A stretch of DNA of 57,062 nucleotides, filler included, from Bipalium vagum (taxonomy: Eukaryota), in the NCBI GenBank assembly GCA_037834085.1. It is 3 parts of 3 records of this genome, joined end to end, with 100 filler letters (N's around TTAATTAATTAA, not from the genome) between each part and the next. Parts side by side here need not be neighbours in the genome. Positions count along the whole stretch, not along the records: positions 37,337 to 57,062 come from JBBMKC010269154.1; 2 more parts are not named here. The stretch is one strand, 5' to 3'. The stretch's first letter is position 1, and every line of letters begins with the position of its first letter. The position numbers and the translations under genes are program-made. Shown here piece after piece: positions 38,353 to 51,081 of this stretch. The notes below the pieces were generated by a model that saw only the letters and a list, made by a program, of their open reading frames with translations, had not been told where the DNA came from and searched no databases.

Positions 38353-39430
38353 TTGGTTGTTCTAAAAATCATGTCGCTTTTCAACATTGAACTTTGAATG
38401 GATATATATTTTAATAAAAACAAAACATAATTAATCGATTCAACTCACTTTAATCATACAAGACAAAAAATGTATGCCCCTTGAGTAAAATTCCAGAGTT
38501 CTGGAATCGATGAAATCGTTGAAGGATTTTCTGGTATCCTCCTCATTTGTGAAACATTAAAGAAATTTTACTAATGTTTTAAGAAGTGATACTCAGTAGT
38601 TGAAAGGTCTGGCGAGTGTGATGAATGAGGAAGGCTTTCGTAGCCCACTAGTCTAATGTCTGTAATGTCGGTGCCACATATGGCCGAGCGTGGTCTTGGA
38701 AAAGAATCAAGTGCATCTCGATGATTTCATAACAATATTTCTCTGTCGTACTAGTTTTGCCCAGAGTTAAGAAATTTTAATGAATGAGACCAGCCGCTGA
38801 CCACCAAACAGTCATTATCATTTTCTTTTGAATTAAATTTGGTTTTTGACAATATTGTGCAGCTTGATTATGGTCAACCATTGCATCGAGCCACATCGAT
38901 TGTTATACATTATCCTTCACATTGTTGTCAAGAAAGGTATCATTATTGTTGCGCAAAATGAAAGAAGTCGCTTTTCTGGTTTTTGAACAATCGATGAGGT
39001 GAAACTACTTGTCCAAATTTCTGTTTCACCCATTTCTCCAAAGTGATTCCAAGTTTTCGGACTGTTGTGTGTGATTTGACCTACACAAAATCCTTCATTT
39101 TCGAGCGTCTAATCTCTATCGAGAAAGTTTTTTACACCGTAGTAAAAACAACCGTTTGTTTGTTATTTCTTTTCCCTTTGGACTTGTAGTGTTAAAACTG
39201 GCTTTTATTCCTCTATTTCCCCAGTTTAAATTTATAAAAAAGGCTTTCTTTTCCATAAGTTCTATAATCAATAAAAATAATGTTTTACCTAAAATTAAAA
39301 TTTATGTAAATGTTGATTTAAATTGGCGCTCTAAATTGATATATAATTAGCGCATTAAAACAAAATGTAAATTGTTGAGATAATGTCTAATAATTGACTA
39401 AGACAACAATTAGGTTTTTGGACAGCCTAG
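38353..39430 (-). mobile_element. Decayed near-full-length mariner
   Basis: Imperfect TIRs at both ends; minus-strand HSPDLSTTEYHFLK..FNDFIDSRTLEFYSRGI. Confidence 0.8.
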
Positions 39431-40564
39431 TGTAATATTATATTAATAATAAAATAATAATAACAATAAATGCACATTTGGAGTTAGATAAAATTCAAGT
39501 TTTAGACAAAACTTGTTCAGAATTATTCTCAATATTCAAAATTAAATTAGAACAAAAATTTCAATAACAATATTGGATTTATTCCGTTTCGTCTTGCTAT
39601 TGGATGCAGCTGGAATATTACCAGAAATGTGTCAAAATGATGGGAGGACTTTCATGATCGCTTATATAAGTGTTCCTAAAGTAATTGGACATTTTTTAGA
39701 AAAATATTAATAAATAAATGTCGCCATGTCAAAAATGTTCAGTCTCATGTTGAGAATATATTTAACGGTATTACATTATAAAATCGATACTCACTTTACA
39801 CACACCCTGTCTGAACTCATCATAATTTTCATATTGTCCCGTAATGGGAACGAAACTGTTAATTATTCTAATCTACTTTCTGTTTTTTTTATTTAGACAA
39901 CAAAAAAGCTGCACAAGTTAATTGATCTCCGAGATTATGATGTCGAGGAAGTGTTTTCTAAATCGATTCTCTCTGCGTCCAAGAACGGCAGTCGAGATAA
40001 CCTAGATTTAATTGGGAGTAGATTGAATGAAATTCAATCATTTTTGCATTTTCGTTCTTCAACGAGAAACAACAGAATTGAGTTGGAAAAGAAATATTTC
40101 GAAGTGAGAACTGGTTTTTTTATTGGTTTATATTGATTTAATTTTTATCGAATTGTTCTATTCCACACCGGTTAACTCAAAAATAATATCGACCATTACA
40201 TCAAGGGGGAAATCATTAACGCAACGATAGATATATTTTGTAAAATGGTGAGAATTGAATAAAACATTATTGGTGGAATAATTATCAATGGAGTCTGCAA
40301 CTTATTTTTGTGTCACCCCTGTTTAAATATTCTCTGGGCTCAGAAATCTGTGTTTGAAAATATCTAAAAAAAAAACTCAGTTCTCCCTGATTGCAATTGA
40401 AAAAGAAAGAAAATAATTTCATTTCATTTTCTGGTATGAACTGACTCTAAAAACTATTAATGTTTTACTTTTATTATAATCATTGGGGCCTCTACTAGTA
40501 ATAGATAGGTTGTGAAAATTATTGATTTGTTTTGATTAAAATGTGATGAATATTATTTTATTTA

Positions 40565-43099
40565 TTATGAAGGAACTTGTGATTTTTAAAGTAAAAATTT
40601 CAGTAAAAAAATCTTGATATGTTAAGATGTACTTATTACTGTGCGTGTACATGTTGAAAATGATGCGATTTAATAATCAATATTTCCATTTATTAAAATA
40701 AATTTTTTTTAATATTCATATTGATTTGTTTAAATAATATTTTTCGCGCGTTTTAATTCAAAATATATCCGATATCATTGAAATCAATTTAATTAAACTT
40801 TTAGTCAATAGGCATGGATTAATTTGAGGTAAATAAATATCACTTGCGGAACGCGTTAATTTTTCTGTATCTTCAAAAGAAAAAGTCAGCTAATAGTTAC
40901 CGTATTATTGTGGGAACCTATGATGACAAGGTTTTATCTTAAAAGTATGTGAACGTTATTTCGATTGATTTAAAAATCATTATCGCGTGTTTTCGAGAAA
41001 TTAAGGCAATTAAAATATGAAAAATGAATCAAAAATAATAATATCTAAAGTCGAAGCGCGACAGTTGGCAACAGAAAATAATATACAAATAAACCAAGAA
41101 GATATGGAAACAATATTATAGACGAGCAGCCCATATCAAAGGCTAATTATTCCATTGATTTGTACAACTTTCATGTTGAAGAACCTTGATGCTGTAAATC
41201 TTTTGTTAACAAAATAACCGAAAAATAATAATGAACATTGGCCTAAAACGAGTGTAGGTTGGAAAAAGTTTCAATTATTTTTATTTTATTATTATACATT
41301 TTCGAGATATTTCGAGACTCATTAAAATAGATGACACCGTTGAAATTGGTGAGACTGGGAATTGATAATTGGTTAGAGATAGAAAATAAATCGAACAAAA
41401 TGGAAACATCAATATCGCGGAATCGTTTCTAAAAAATGTACTTGTCAATTTTAATTTATAAATGAAATTAGAACAAGATCACAGTTGACCTATCCCGAAT
41501 CAGTCAATCGATTCATAAAAATTTATCAATAATCTATTTTTTGCTATAGTCTAAAATAAACTGTTAGAAAATAAATAAATAAAAAAATTGAATCGATATT
41601 TGTTTTTAACAAGATATCAAGACTGATAATCAATTATTTAAAGAAAATCGAAAATAATATCGTGGTTTTAGCGTAGATGATATCTAAAAATAGAAAAATC
41701 AAAATTAAGCAGTAACTTATACAGTGGTAAATTATTCTCTGTTAATTTTTTAGTTGATGCTTGTTATCAAAATTTTTATTCAACTTTTTATTTGAAATCA
41801 ATATTATTTATTGATTTTTAAATTTCAATCATTAATATTAAGTTGTTCAGAAAGTTTTGCACGGTTTTTGTTTATATACATCAAAATTGTGAATATTACA
41901 AATAACGTTAGATTAACGATTATTTAATATTATATAGCACCATTTAAAGGCCTCTAAAAAGCGAGCTATTTCTTCATCGTCTGATTAATTGTCATGAAAA
42001 ACTGTTGCTATATATTAAACTTTCAGTACAGTGGTTAAGACATCTGTGAAAGTACCAAAACACAGTCAACACGAAACAAAGATAATGGTTTCGGAATGAT
42101 GATGTTCAAATAATGCCTAAAAATTGATGTTATGCAAAAAAAGTTGAAAAGAATGTACCCACCATTGATCAATAGAAAAGGCCAAATTCTCTTACTTGAC
42201 CATGCTCTTTCGCACATAGCAAGCCAAAATTTGGATGAGCTGAAAAGCCTAATTTATGAACTTCTGCAACATCCACAATACTCGCCCAATCTCTCGCCAA
42301 ATGATTTCCGTTTATAAAACATTTACAAAATTATTTGAATGATAAAGAGAGACAGGGTCAACCAAAAAGTTAAAGATGGTTAATTGCAAAATTTTTTGAA
42401 TGACAGCCCCGTTCAAACAGGGAAACCGTTGTCTATGACACTAAAGTCACATAGATGAACATTTTCGAGATGGCTACATGCGCTAAGAAAACTTCAAAAG
42501 AAGGGAAAATGGGTTCTTCATAATTTGTTCTATTAGTAATCGTTAAAGTATACTTATTTGCCAATGAGAGAAAAAAGATATTTTGTTGCGAATTATTACG
42601 AGCGATGAAAAACCACTTTTTTCCTTAACCCTCTAAACGAAAGAAATTATGGTTTGATCCATAACAACCATTAACGTCCACTCCAAAGTGCAATAATTAT
42701 GATAAGAAAGTTATGTTTTGTGTCGTGTACTATGAACTTTTGAAGTCGCAGGAAACAGTTCCGATGTAAAACTTGTAACAGCCAAGAAACGAATCAAATT
42801 CATTATTTTGCATGTCAATGTGAGACCATATAGTTCTTCAATCGTCTACCAAACACTGCTAAACCTAAAATGAGAAATCCTTGCGCATCCATGGTACTCT
42901 TCAGTTCCAATAGATTTTCATTTATTCAGCTCAATGGCACATTTTATGGAAGATATGTATTTCAATTCGTGTTGCCAGTTTTATGGGGGAAAGTCATTTT
43001 TAACGATGGAAAATAATTTGATTGATTTTAATGTGTTCATTTTTCATAAAATAAATATCAAAAGTTGTTTAAAAGTTTAAAACTAATGCTTCTTCATAA
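40565..43099 (+). mobile_element. Mos1-like mariner split by ~1.35 kb of other insertions
   Basis: TIRs TATTATGAAG../..CTTCATAATA. The N-terminus (NKYHLRNALIFLY..KKSANSYRII) at ~40810-40980 resumes at ~42340 (DKERQGQPK..GKWVLHNL..TSDEK..YDKKVM..YSS). Same family as 4012-5024. Confidence 0.8.
41838..42340 (+). mobile_element. Cecropia-like mariner deletion derivative nested in the Mos1-like copy
   Basis: Left TIR-like TTAAGTTGTTCAGAAAG; LINRKGQILLLDHA..HPQYSPNLSPNDF..KHLQNYL. Confidence 0.8.
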
Positions 43100-43427
43100 T
43101 AGATTGACTTATAAAATTTAATTGATTAATAATAAATAAATGATTCTGAATAATTAATAATTTATTGATTAATTAATAAAAAGGAATAATTTCCCGTTTT
43201 ATTTTCATTGTCAGAGAAGTCATTTTATTTTGAAAAAATCTCCGCCACGAATTGGTTCTTGGAAAAGTAAAGTGGGTGTGAAATTTGTTTTAATTTAGTC
43301 GAAAAAGAAATCATGGGAAAATAATTTATTATTTAATAGAAAATATATTTATCATTTTATTTATATATATTATTTAGAAATAATTTTGAATATCTTCCGC
43401 ATAAATAATTTTTCATTATTTTTCAAG

Positions 43428-43692
43428 CAATTTTCTGCTTTCATAGTTGAAAATCATCATTTTCATGTTCTCAATACAAAACTCGAATGCCTGAAACAGG
43501 CGCTCGGTGAAGGTAAAAGCATCACAAATGTAAACCCAACAAAATCATTGAGAGAATCGCGCAGTATTGTGCTTATGGAAAATGGTAACTCTGGGAAAAT
43601 CTTTGGCGGAAGTATTCAGGAATATGTAAAACTGAGTCAGCAGCCGATCCCTCCGTTAATTAGCAATACTATCAATATCATCAATCTATACG
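43428..43692 (+). CDS. SRGAP: srGAP exon: end of F-BAR extension and start of RhoGAP
   Basis: tttcaag acceptor, gtaagc donor; LKQALGEG..KIFGGSIQEYV..QPIPPLISNTINIINLYG. Confidence 0.88.
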
Positions 43693-43750
43693 GTAAGCCA
43701 TTGTGTGTGCGCCCTTTCCTGATTGGCTTATTTGATGTTTTTATTTGGAG

Positions 43751-43969
43751 GTATGCATAATCAGGGAATATTCAGAATATCAGGAAGCCAGGCCGAAATA
43801 AATGAATTGAAAGAAATGTATGATAATTGCCAAGATCCGTTTTTAAACAGCACCCAAATCCCTGATGTTAATGTGGCTGCAGGTCTCCTGAAAATGTATT
43901 TTAGAGAATTGAAGGATCCTATTTTTTCCGGAAACCTATTTCATAAAATTATAGAAGCCTACGAGACAG
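43751..43969 (+). CDS. SRGAP: srGAP exon: RhoGAP arginine-finger region
   Basis: GMHNQGIFRISGSQAEINELK..DVNVAAGLLKMYFRELKDPIF; phase 1-1, gtatgt donor. Confidence 0.96.
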
Positions 43970-44317
43970 GTATGTTTTTTCATATCAATCATATCACTAA
44001 AAAGAAAAAAATGAAAATAATTTTCATTGGCTTAAAAATGTCAATAATTAATGATACATTAAATTTTATTTGATAGGCTAATAAGTTTCTTGGGGGGTTT
44101 AAACACATCAATAGTGATGAAATCAATAAACAAGACAAAATCCCACGGGTTAACCTTAAGAATAAAGGAGAAAATAACAAAGATTCACTATAAAATCTAA
44201 ATGAGATTATCAATATAAGAAAAAGGTTTTGTCATTTTTATCTTAAAAATCGAACTCAAATTGTGAGGTCGGAGACTTTTTAATCTTTAAAAGTGGCTTA
44301 GAACATAATATTATGTA

Positions 44318-44969
44318 CGTAGTAAGGCTAAAAAATATCTTAAATCCACCAGAAATATTGAATATTCCTACATAAAGTTTTACAATTAAAAAATAATAAT
44401 CAATATAAATATGTAAGATAAGATTGGTTAAAATGTTCTCATTTTTGCTTGATCCAGATAGATTATTTCAAAGAGAAATGTTCCCGAATGCTGCATTTTG
44501 CAGTGTGTTTTGCTTTTTTACATCTCAATGGATCTGATAAGAAAGAAATATAAATCAGCTTTAAGAGGTATACGGCAAAGAAGCCCCATCTCAAACGATC
44601 ATTTATAATTGGATCCGAGAATTTTCATCTGGTCGAACAAGTGTTTTCAATGCAACCACAAGTTGATGACCTGTTGAAATTAGTGAAAAAATCAATAAAA
44701 AATTGAAAGATATTGTGATGAGTCAGCAGAAATACTATACGCGAGCTCTTTGTTCTTTAGATCATGTAATCTACTCTCCAGATTTAGCCCGCCCCGTGAT
44801 TTCCTTTTAACGTCTTGTTAACATTGTATTGAAAGATGGAAACGAAGATGTGACAAGTGTATTGGCCGGAGACGGAGAACATTTTGAAGGAAATAGGATT
44901 GGTACACCAACATTTTTGTGGGTTAGAGTATTTATGATTTCTGTTCGCGTACTTATTGGACAGACCACG
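44318..44969 (+). mobile_element. Irritans-like mariner deletion relic in srGAP intron
   Basis: EVYGKEAPSQTIIYNWIREFSSGRTSV..YSPDLA; right TIR ...TTATTGGACAGACCACG-TA. Confidence 0.82.
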
Positions 44970-46099
44970 TACCGAGTTTTATATATATATATTATATTAT
45001 ATTATATCTTCTGAACGTGTAACGAGGTTACACTTTATATTTTAACCATTTAAATGTGAGCCACGTTTAATAATATTAAAACGCCAACCAATTGCTGATA
45101 ACCTTAGTGAATTGGTTGAATATCGAACGACATCATGGGAACGGTTAACAGAACATTTCCTTTTCTTGTGATTTCTTGAATAGTAAAGGATTATTAGGAT
45201 CCGTAATTAAAATGAGAACAACTTCAGGTACCATCTATTGTTTGTCACATCCGTTGGACTGTCAATCTTGAATTCCATTTGAGCAATCACCTGACGGTGT
45301 TTCCAGGTTATCTTTCTGTCACAAAGAGGTCTTTCATTGTAAAATCAATTTTCTTTATAAACAAGTTTTATTCTTTGTCAACTCGGTATCTGAGTTCTTT
45401 ATGATATTACACATTTCACTTATTGCCTTGTCTTGTGTAGCTGTTCCTATTTTTTAAAAGGTGTTCACTGTGAATGTGTAACAGGTTTTTCCCGTTTTGA
45501 AAAAATGACAACCAATGCCAAAATACATTCACTTTAGCTTGTTGAATTGTACAGAAGAGTACTTGAAGAGTTCGCGGAGTTTCTCTTTCGTCAATGAAGT
45601 ATAGAACTTTATTGAAACCTTTAAGTTTTCTTCCAATATAAGTTCGTTGTCACGGATTGGTGGAAGAATGTGAAGTATAAAATAATTTTGTTAGCTAACC
45701 GGATAAAAATGACAAAATTTAACAATCAATAATTGTGCCGAAAAGATAAAAATTATGATTAATAATCAATCGATAGTCAAAGTTAAGTTTCAACATGACA
45801 CAAACAGAAATTTAAAACAAAAGATTTTGCTTGTGGCAAATCGAATGAGACCCAACCTTGATTTGACCGACCACAGAGGGGCTTTAACATAACTCGCTTA
45901 TTATTCCTATTTAATAAAAACTTCGTCAATTTTCTTCATCAAAAAGAATTTCTTAGATTTCATATAACTTATAATCATTATAATTATTTATTATTATTAT
46001 TAAAGTTTTTAATTATATTATTTGTTGGAAAAATATTTTTAACAGAAAAACTATTTTTCAAATTTACAAATATTTGATTAAATTGATTATATTGATATT

Positions 46100-46420
46100 T
46101 TTCTCTAGAATGGCCATTGATTTTAATAGACTAATGCAAGCGATTATAAAAGTCATTCATTACATTTTGACATATTTCTGGTGACACTCTCGCTGCCTCC
46201 ATTTTTATAATATCTTTTGGTAGTTGTCTTCCATATACCTGTGACGTCAGATGTCCCAAAGAAAAAAATGAAATCTGACTTATTTCGCTTGTTTTTTGAT
46301 CTTGCTTTGATGGTCCACAAGTCTTCCATAGATTACAAAAACTTCCAGTCTCCTTGAATTTTACTAATATCTTCCTCATTGTTCTGACTTTAAGTATCTT
46401 TTTCCAATTCAATTGTTCTA
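46100..46420 (-). mobile_element. Tc1/mariner (rosa/DD41D-like) relic
   Basis: TMRKILVKFKETGS fused to LGHLTSQVY..EAARVSPEICQNVMNDFYNRLH (ORF 46131..46412). Confidence 0.65.
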
Positions 46421-47549
46421 GGTCCTGTTTGACAATGTGACTAATTCCATCTTACTATCAGTAAAAAATTGGCACTCTTTCTTCAATGAGGAACTAAAGT
46501 GAAATTTGAATTTACCTCGCTTAAATTAGAAAACAGACTTATTAAAACAATTAAACACTTTCGGAAATGATATTTCTCAGAAGAGTCAATTGAATATATT
46601 TAATTATGAAAACATTTTTCTGAGCTCCAAAATCGAATACTTGCTTCATTTACATTCTGCACTTCTTTCGAATTATTTTTTAGCATTTAATTCTTCGCTG
46701 TATCTTTGGTCATCTCTTTTGTTTTCAACAGAGTATTCTTTTTTAAATACGTTTCCATTTTGGTAAGAAGAATATTTATAAAAAACTAAAATTATCTCTC
46801 AGCAAATTTGCATTCGGTGTTACCTTATTATTATTATTATTATTTATTTTCATTATTTTTTTTGTTTTCATTAATATTATTTTATTCTCACTCTATTCTT
46901 TGTTATTCTTTTTTAAAATATCCAGTTCCGTATCTCTTTGTTCTCATATTCTGTTGTTAATTTCCACACTCTTCGAATAATTCTTTTATTAAACCTCTTT
47001 TCTCTTCACATAAAGAACGTAATGTAAACCTGAATTGACTTCTTTCCTGTGTGTATTTGTTTTAATCTGTCAATCTCTTTCTTTTTTTTAATAATGACAT
47101 CAACCAATGCCCGTTTTCATTACGTTCTTGCTCTATAAATATAATTAAAACTATTGTCCGATATTTATTACTTCAAGAGCGAATACATTTTTACGTTACT
47201 ACCATTTCATTTTTTTGCAAGAGGAACCATGTTATCTAAAGTTAAGTCCCCATTTTACTAGGGTTTTAAAACCATGATTTCGCTACTACACTGTTATCTT
47301 TACTGAAGTTTTTAAGTCCACCAGTCATTTGAAACCCATCCACTGAAACATCTGATGGTGAGAGTCGCAAATCGTTAATCAATTTAGTGAAATTTGATTT
47401 GACTCCTTTATCCGTATAATGTCGTTGGTGAAAATCTAAATCTAATTATCACTCAATCCTGAATTCCGAAGATTTGAAAAGGTTTTGAGATAATTATCGA
47501 GAGAGAGATGAGCTTTTCAAAGACCGTTTCATTTTTGGGGGAATAAATT

Positions 47550-48400
47550 AAATCAAAATCTAATTTGTGGTAACCATGACAATTATATTTAATTTGTAAA
47601 TTTAAGTACAGAGGATAACATTTGATAGGCGTCTTGTAGACTTTGGAGAAGTTCGTTGTTGAGTTTCATGCTTAGTATCACCTTGTTCCTAATTCTGTCA
47701 AACCTTTTAAAACTAAGGTCTCTACAAAAATATTAGTCATTATTTCTAAGATGCAATCTGTTCAGTCGTGCAAGTCTCGTTTATGTAACATAATTGACAA
47801 ATTAATCAAAAAAAGGAAAAATTTAAAGTGCAACAAGAAGTGCAAGTCTTTGAATATTTCAAAAACTATTGGATGAATCGATCTTTTTGGAATTTTTTAT
47901 CTACCTGGAGATAGTAAGAAAGATTTTGAAAACAGATCGTTTGCAGGGGAACTTTAAACTCTGATTTTTAACTTATCACTGTTTAATAAATCTCAATGTA
48001 AACTGTCTATAACTTCAATTTTCTGTCAATTATTCTGATAAAATTCTCATTGAAAATTGATATCATTATTAAATCAATTATGCAAAACATAATCGATGAT
48101 ATAGATAAAAAATTAAAGGAAACCAATAGGACTGAAAATTTTATTTTTTTTGTTAATTTAACTCTGTTCATAACAGTCTTCCGAGAAATGCTTAAGGGAA
48201 TTTCTCTAGCCATTGATATTGACTTCTTTGTAATGTCTTAGTAGAGAATCTGTGATAAGCTAACTCTGAAATGGTTTCGAAGGCCTTTCATTAAACGGAA
48301 ACGGATTAAATCGTTTTTCTAAATCTGTAACAGAGGATAAATTTTCAAGGAAATTGGTATATGGCATTCTTTCATTAAAAAAAAAACAATGACTCAATTG
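47550..48400 (-). mobile_element. Possible Penelope-like RT relic
   Basis: Weak motifs LLVSFNFLSI and IMTNIF in the expected order. Confidence 0.25.
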
Positions 48401-49379
48401 AATCAATAAATATATCCATAATTTTATTAACAAATAAATCGATATCTGTTGTCTCTTAATCGATAATCAGTCGGGTAAATCTATGTAAATGACAGAGTTT
48501 TCAGTGTTTTTTAAAATTTAAGTAATTTTTTGAATCAACGTTCCTCAAATAAAACGAGGACAACTTTTTAAATCATAACATCTTATTGCCGTGCAACATT
48601 GATTTATGTATGGTTATGACGAAATAAAATAATTTGAATGCAGATAATCTAGAAGGTCATTTTAAACAATTAACCAAATAATTGTAAGATGAATCTAAAT
48701 AATACTCATCCTAACTACTTCCTCTCTAAATCAATGACTGCACATTTATAGAGGAGCTTGAGCGATTAAAAAATCAGACAGATGTATATGATATCAGTGA
48801 TAGATTTTTTTTAGTCTAGAGAAGTGCTTAAGAGCTCTACAAATCGATACTGATAAGAGGTGATGTAATAAGTAATCGATGTATCTCCTAAATGTAACTA
48901 TATATAATCAATATCACATGTATATATGTCTATTTGTTACCGATTGTATTTTTGAGTGAAGCCTCGAATCGCTGTTATGTGGATTTTGTTTTGAGTGAGT
49001 AACCACTCGATAACGTAATCCTACAAATTAATTATTTATTTTTATAATTACTTTTTTATAGATGAATTATTTACAATTCGGTACAGAGCTTCAGAAACAG
49101 AATTACCTCTCACGTGTAATAATAAAACACTCAACAACAACTGATATGTTCCAATGAAATTTCTTGTTCCTTGTGAAATATTAACCGACCGAAACATTTC
49201 TGAAATCATTGACAGTTGATTCACTGAACCAAATGAAATTTCATAAGTTCTCACGATTCCTTTGCTATGGTTTCCTTCGCTTTCAACTTTCAGATCTTTG
49301 GTTATTTTTATTTAATATAATTGACAACAAGATATATTTTTAAAATTTTAATTCTAAAGACTCGTTGAAAGAAAATTCC

Positions 49380-49750
49380 CTCAATTTAATGAGTTCTTTT
49401 ATCTCTCTCACACCTTTTAATTTCCCTAATCCATTCTTCTTTTCAAGGTCTGCATCATTAATGCACCTAACTCAATCTTTCTTTAACAACTATTTTTCTG
49501 TCATCCTCTGTGTCCACCATCATCTGTCCTCTTTGAATTTGTCGGGAAGAAATTATCCAAAATATCCCATTCTTTACGATAGTCTAGTAGGTTCTCTAAA
49601 ACCTTCAAAGGTCAACCGTAATCTTTCTTCATAACCTCTAATTCTCTGCATTCTGTTTATATTTTTATACTAAATCAATACCTCATAGACAATAAATCAT
49701 ACCCTCTCTTTGCTTAATGAAATATCTGACCCATTAATCTTTGGGTTTTT
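49380..49750 (-). mobile_element. CR1-like LINE 3' relic
   Basis: ECREL.GYEERLRL..YRKEWDI..GGH resembles 'L..LSYEERL..L.L..L..RR.R.D.I..RGH'. Confidence 0.4.
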
Positions 49751-50095
49751 CAATTTTACCTTTACAAAATGTAATAACAATAAGAAAAAATAAATATAAA
49801 TTTAAAATATATATATAATTTTCTTTTTCCTTTTAAATTTTATAATATTAATAAAATGCCCGTGGTCTGATTGTGAAATCATTAATATTTGATTATTGAT
49901 TTAATTAAAATTCTATATTAATATTGATTGTATAATCATATAAAATTGAAATGGAGGATTTATTCTTCATTTTTAAATTATTGTTTTAAAATGAAAAATT
50001 CCTACGTTCTGATTTCGCTCCTTTCACACAAGGAACAAAAAGAAATATTACAACTCCATTTTTTGTAATTTTGAAAAATAATTATTGTTTTCCAG

Positions 50096-50198
50096 AAAGA
50101 GAAAAGAAATGTTTCATAAACAAAGCTCGAGAAATTATGAATGGAATTCCCACGGAAATATACGTAATTCTTCGATATTTATTTGCCTTTCTGAAAAA
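50096..50198 (+). CDS. SRGAP: srGAP exon (E)REKKCFINKAREIMNGIPTEIYVILRYLFAFLK(N)
   Basis: ttttccag acceptor, gtaaaa donor, phase 1-2. RYLFAFL is a srGAP hallmark; this frame is absent from the ORF track. Confidence 0.95.
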
Positions 50199-50264
50199 GT
50201 AAAAACTGAAACCATTTCCCGATTATTATTAATATTGGTTTTTTCGATTTTTTGTCCTTTCCAG

Positions 50265-50597
50265 TCTCTCAGAATTGAAGGAAGACAACATGATGGACTC
50301 ATATAACTTAGCCATTTGTTTTGGTCCTTGTCTTATGCCAATACCCATAGAATTTAACAAAGTTTTATTCCATATGCAAGCAATTGTCAATGAAATAGTC
50401 CGTCTATTTATTGAAAATCACAATTCGATATTCAATAATCCCTCTATAGATGGCCCCTTATATGTTGCCCAAAGTTATTCCCCACCCATTAACCATGCTA
50501 TGGAAACGTCAATGTTTTCCACCAATGATTATGCAGAATGCGAAGAAGCTAACAGTACTTTGAGGAGTCAAAGAACGAAATTTTCGATTGATGGAAG
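50265..50597 (+). CDS. SRGAP: srGAP exon: RhoGAP C-terminus
   Basis: LSELKEDNMMDSYNLAICFGPCLMPIP..VNEIVRLFIENHNSIF..GPLY; phase 2-2. Confidence 0.96.
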
Positions 50598-50646
50598 GTT
50601 TGTTTTTGAGAACTTGACGAAGTCTTTAACTATTTTGATTACTTAG

Positions 50647-50711
50647 TGATACCTTAGAGGGATCGGGTGCTAGTGACTCTTCGTCCAGCCATAATGAAAT
50701 GAAGCCAATAG
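50647..50711 (+). CDS. SRGAP: srGAP linker exon (S)DTLEGSGASDSSSSHNEMKPI
   Basis: acttag acceptor, gttggt donor. Phase 2-1 is what is needed to connect RhoGAP to SH3. Confidence 0.85.
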
Positions 50712-50800
50712 GTTGGTTTTTATTATTCAATTTGAAATTGATTCTTTCCATTTTGACGTTGTGATTAAGACTTGGTGGTATCATTTTTGTTTCGATTTAG

Positions 50801-51019
50801 ACTCACCTCCGTATACAGCCATTGCTATTGCTGATTTTAATGGTCAAACCAATTCGGAATTATCTTTCCAGAAAAATGACCGATTAGTGTTAGAAGAGTT
50901 TATAAGTGATCATTGGTGGCATGGTAGGTTTATGGATGGATTAGGGGAAGGTCTTATACCTCTGACATATGTACAAATTGTTAGTCATCCCGAAACCACA
51001 GGTAAGCCTACAATTGACT
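50801..51019 (+). CDS. SRGAP: srGAP exon: SH3 domain (alternative end at 51001)
   Basis: AIAIADFNGQTNSELSFQKND..DHWWHG..EGLIPLTYV. Two phase-1 donors: gtaagc at 51002 and gtaagt at 51020. Confidence 0.93.
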
Positions 51020-51081
51020 GTAAGTTTTACAGATTTCCTGTTAATATTATTTCTTATAATTTTCTTTTTCCCCATTTCCAG

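Noticed and set aside
48892-49025. TGTAA...CTACA solo-LTR candidates (also 1-185 and ~53632-54289)
   Set aside because: No target-site duplication or second copy in the window.
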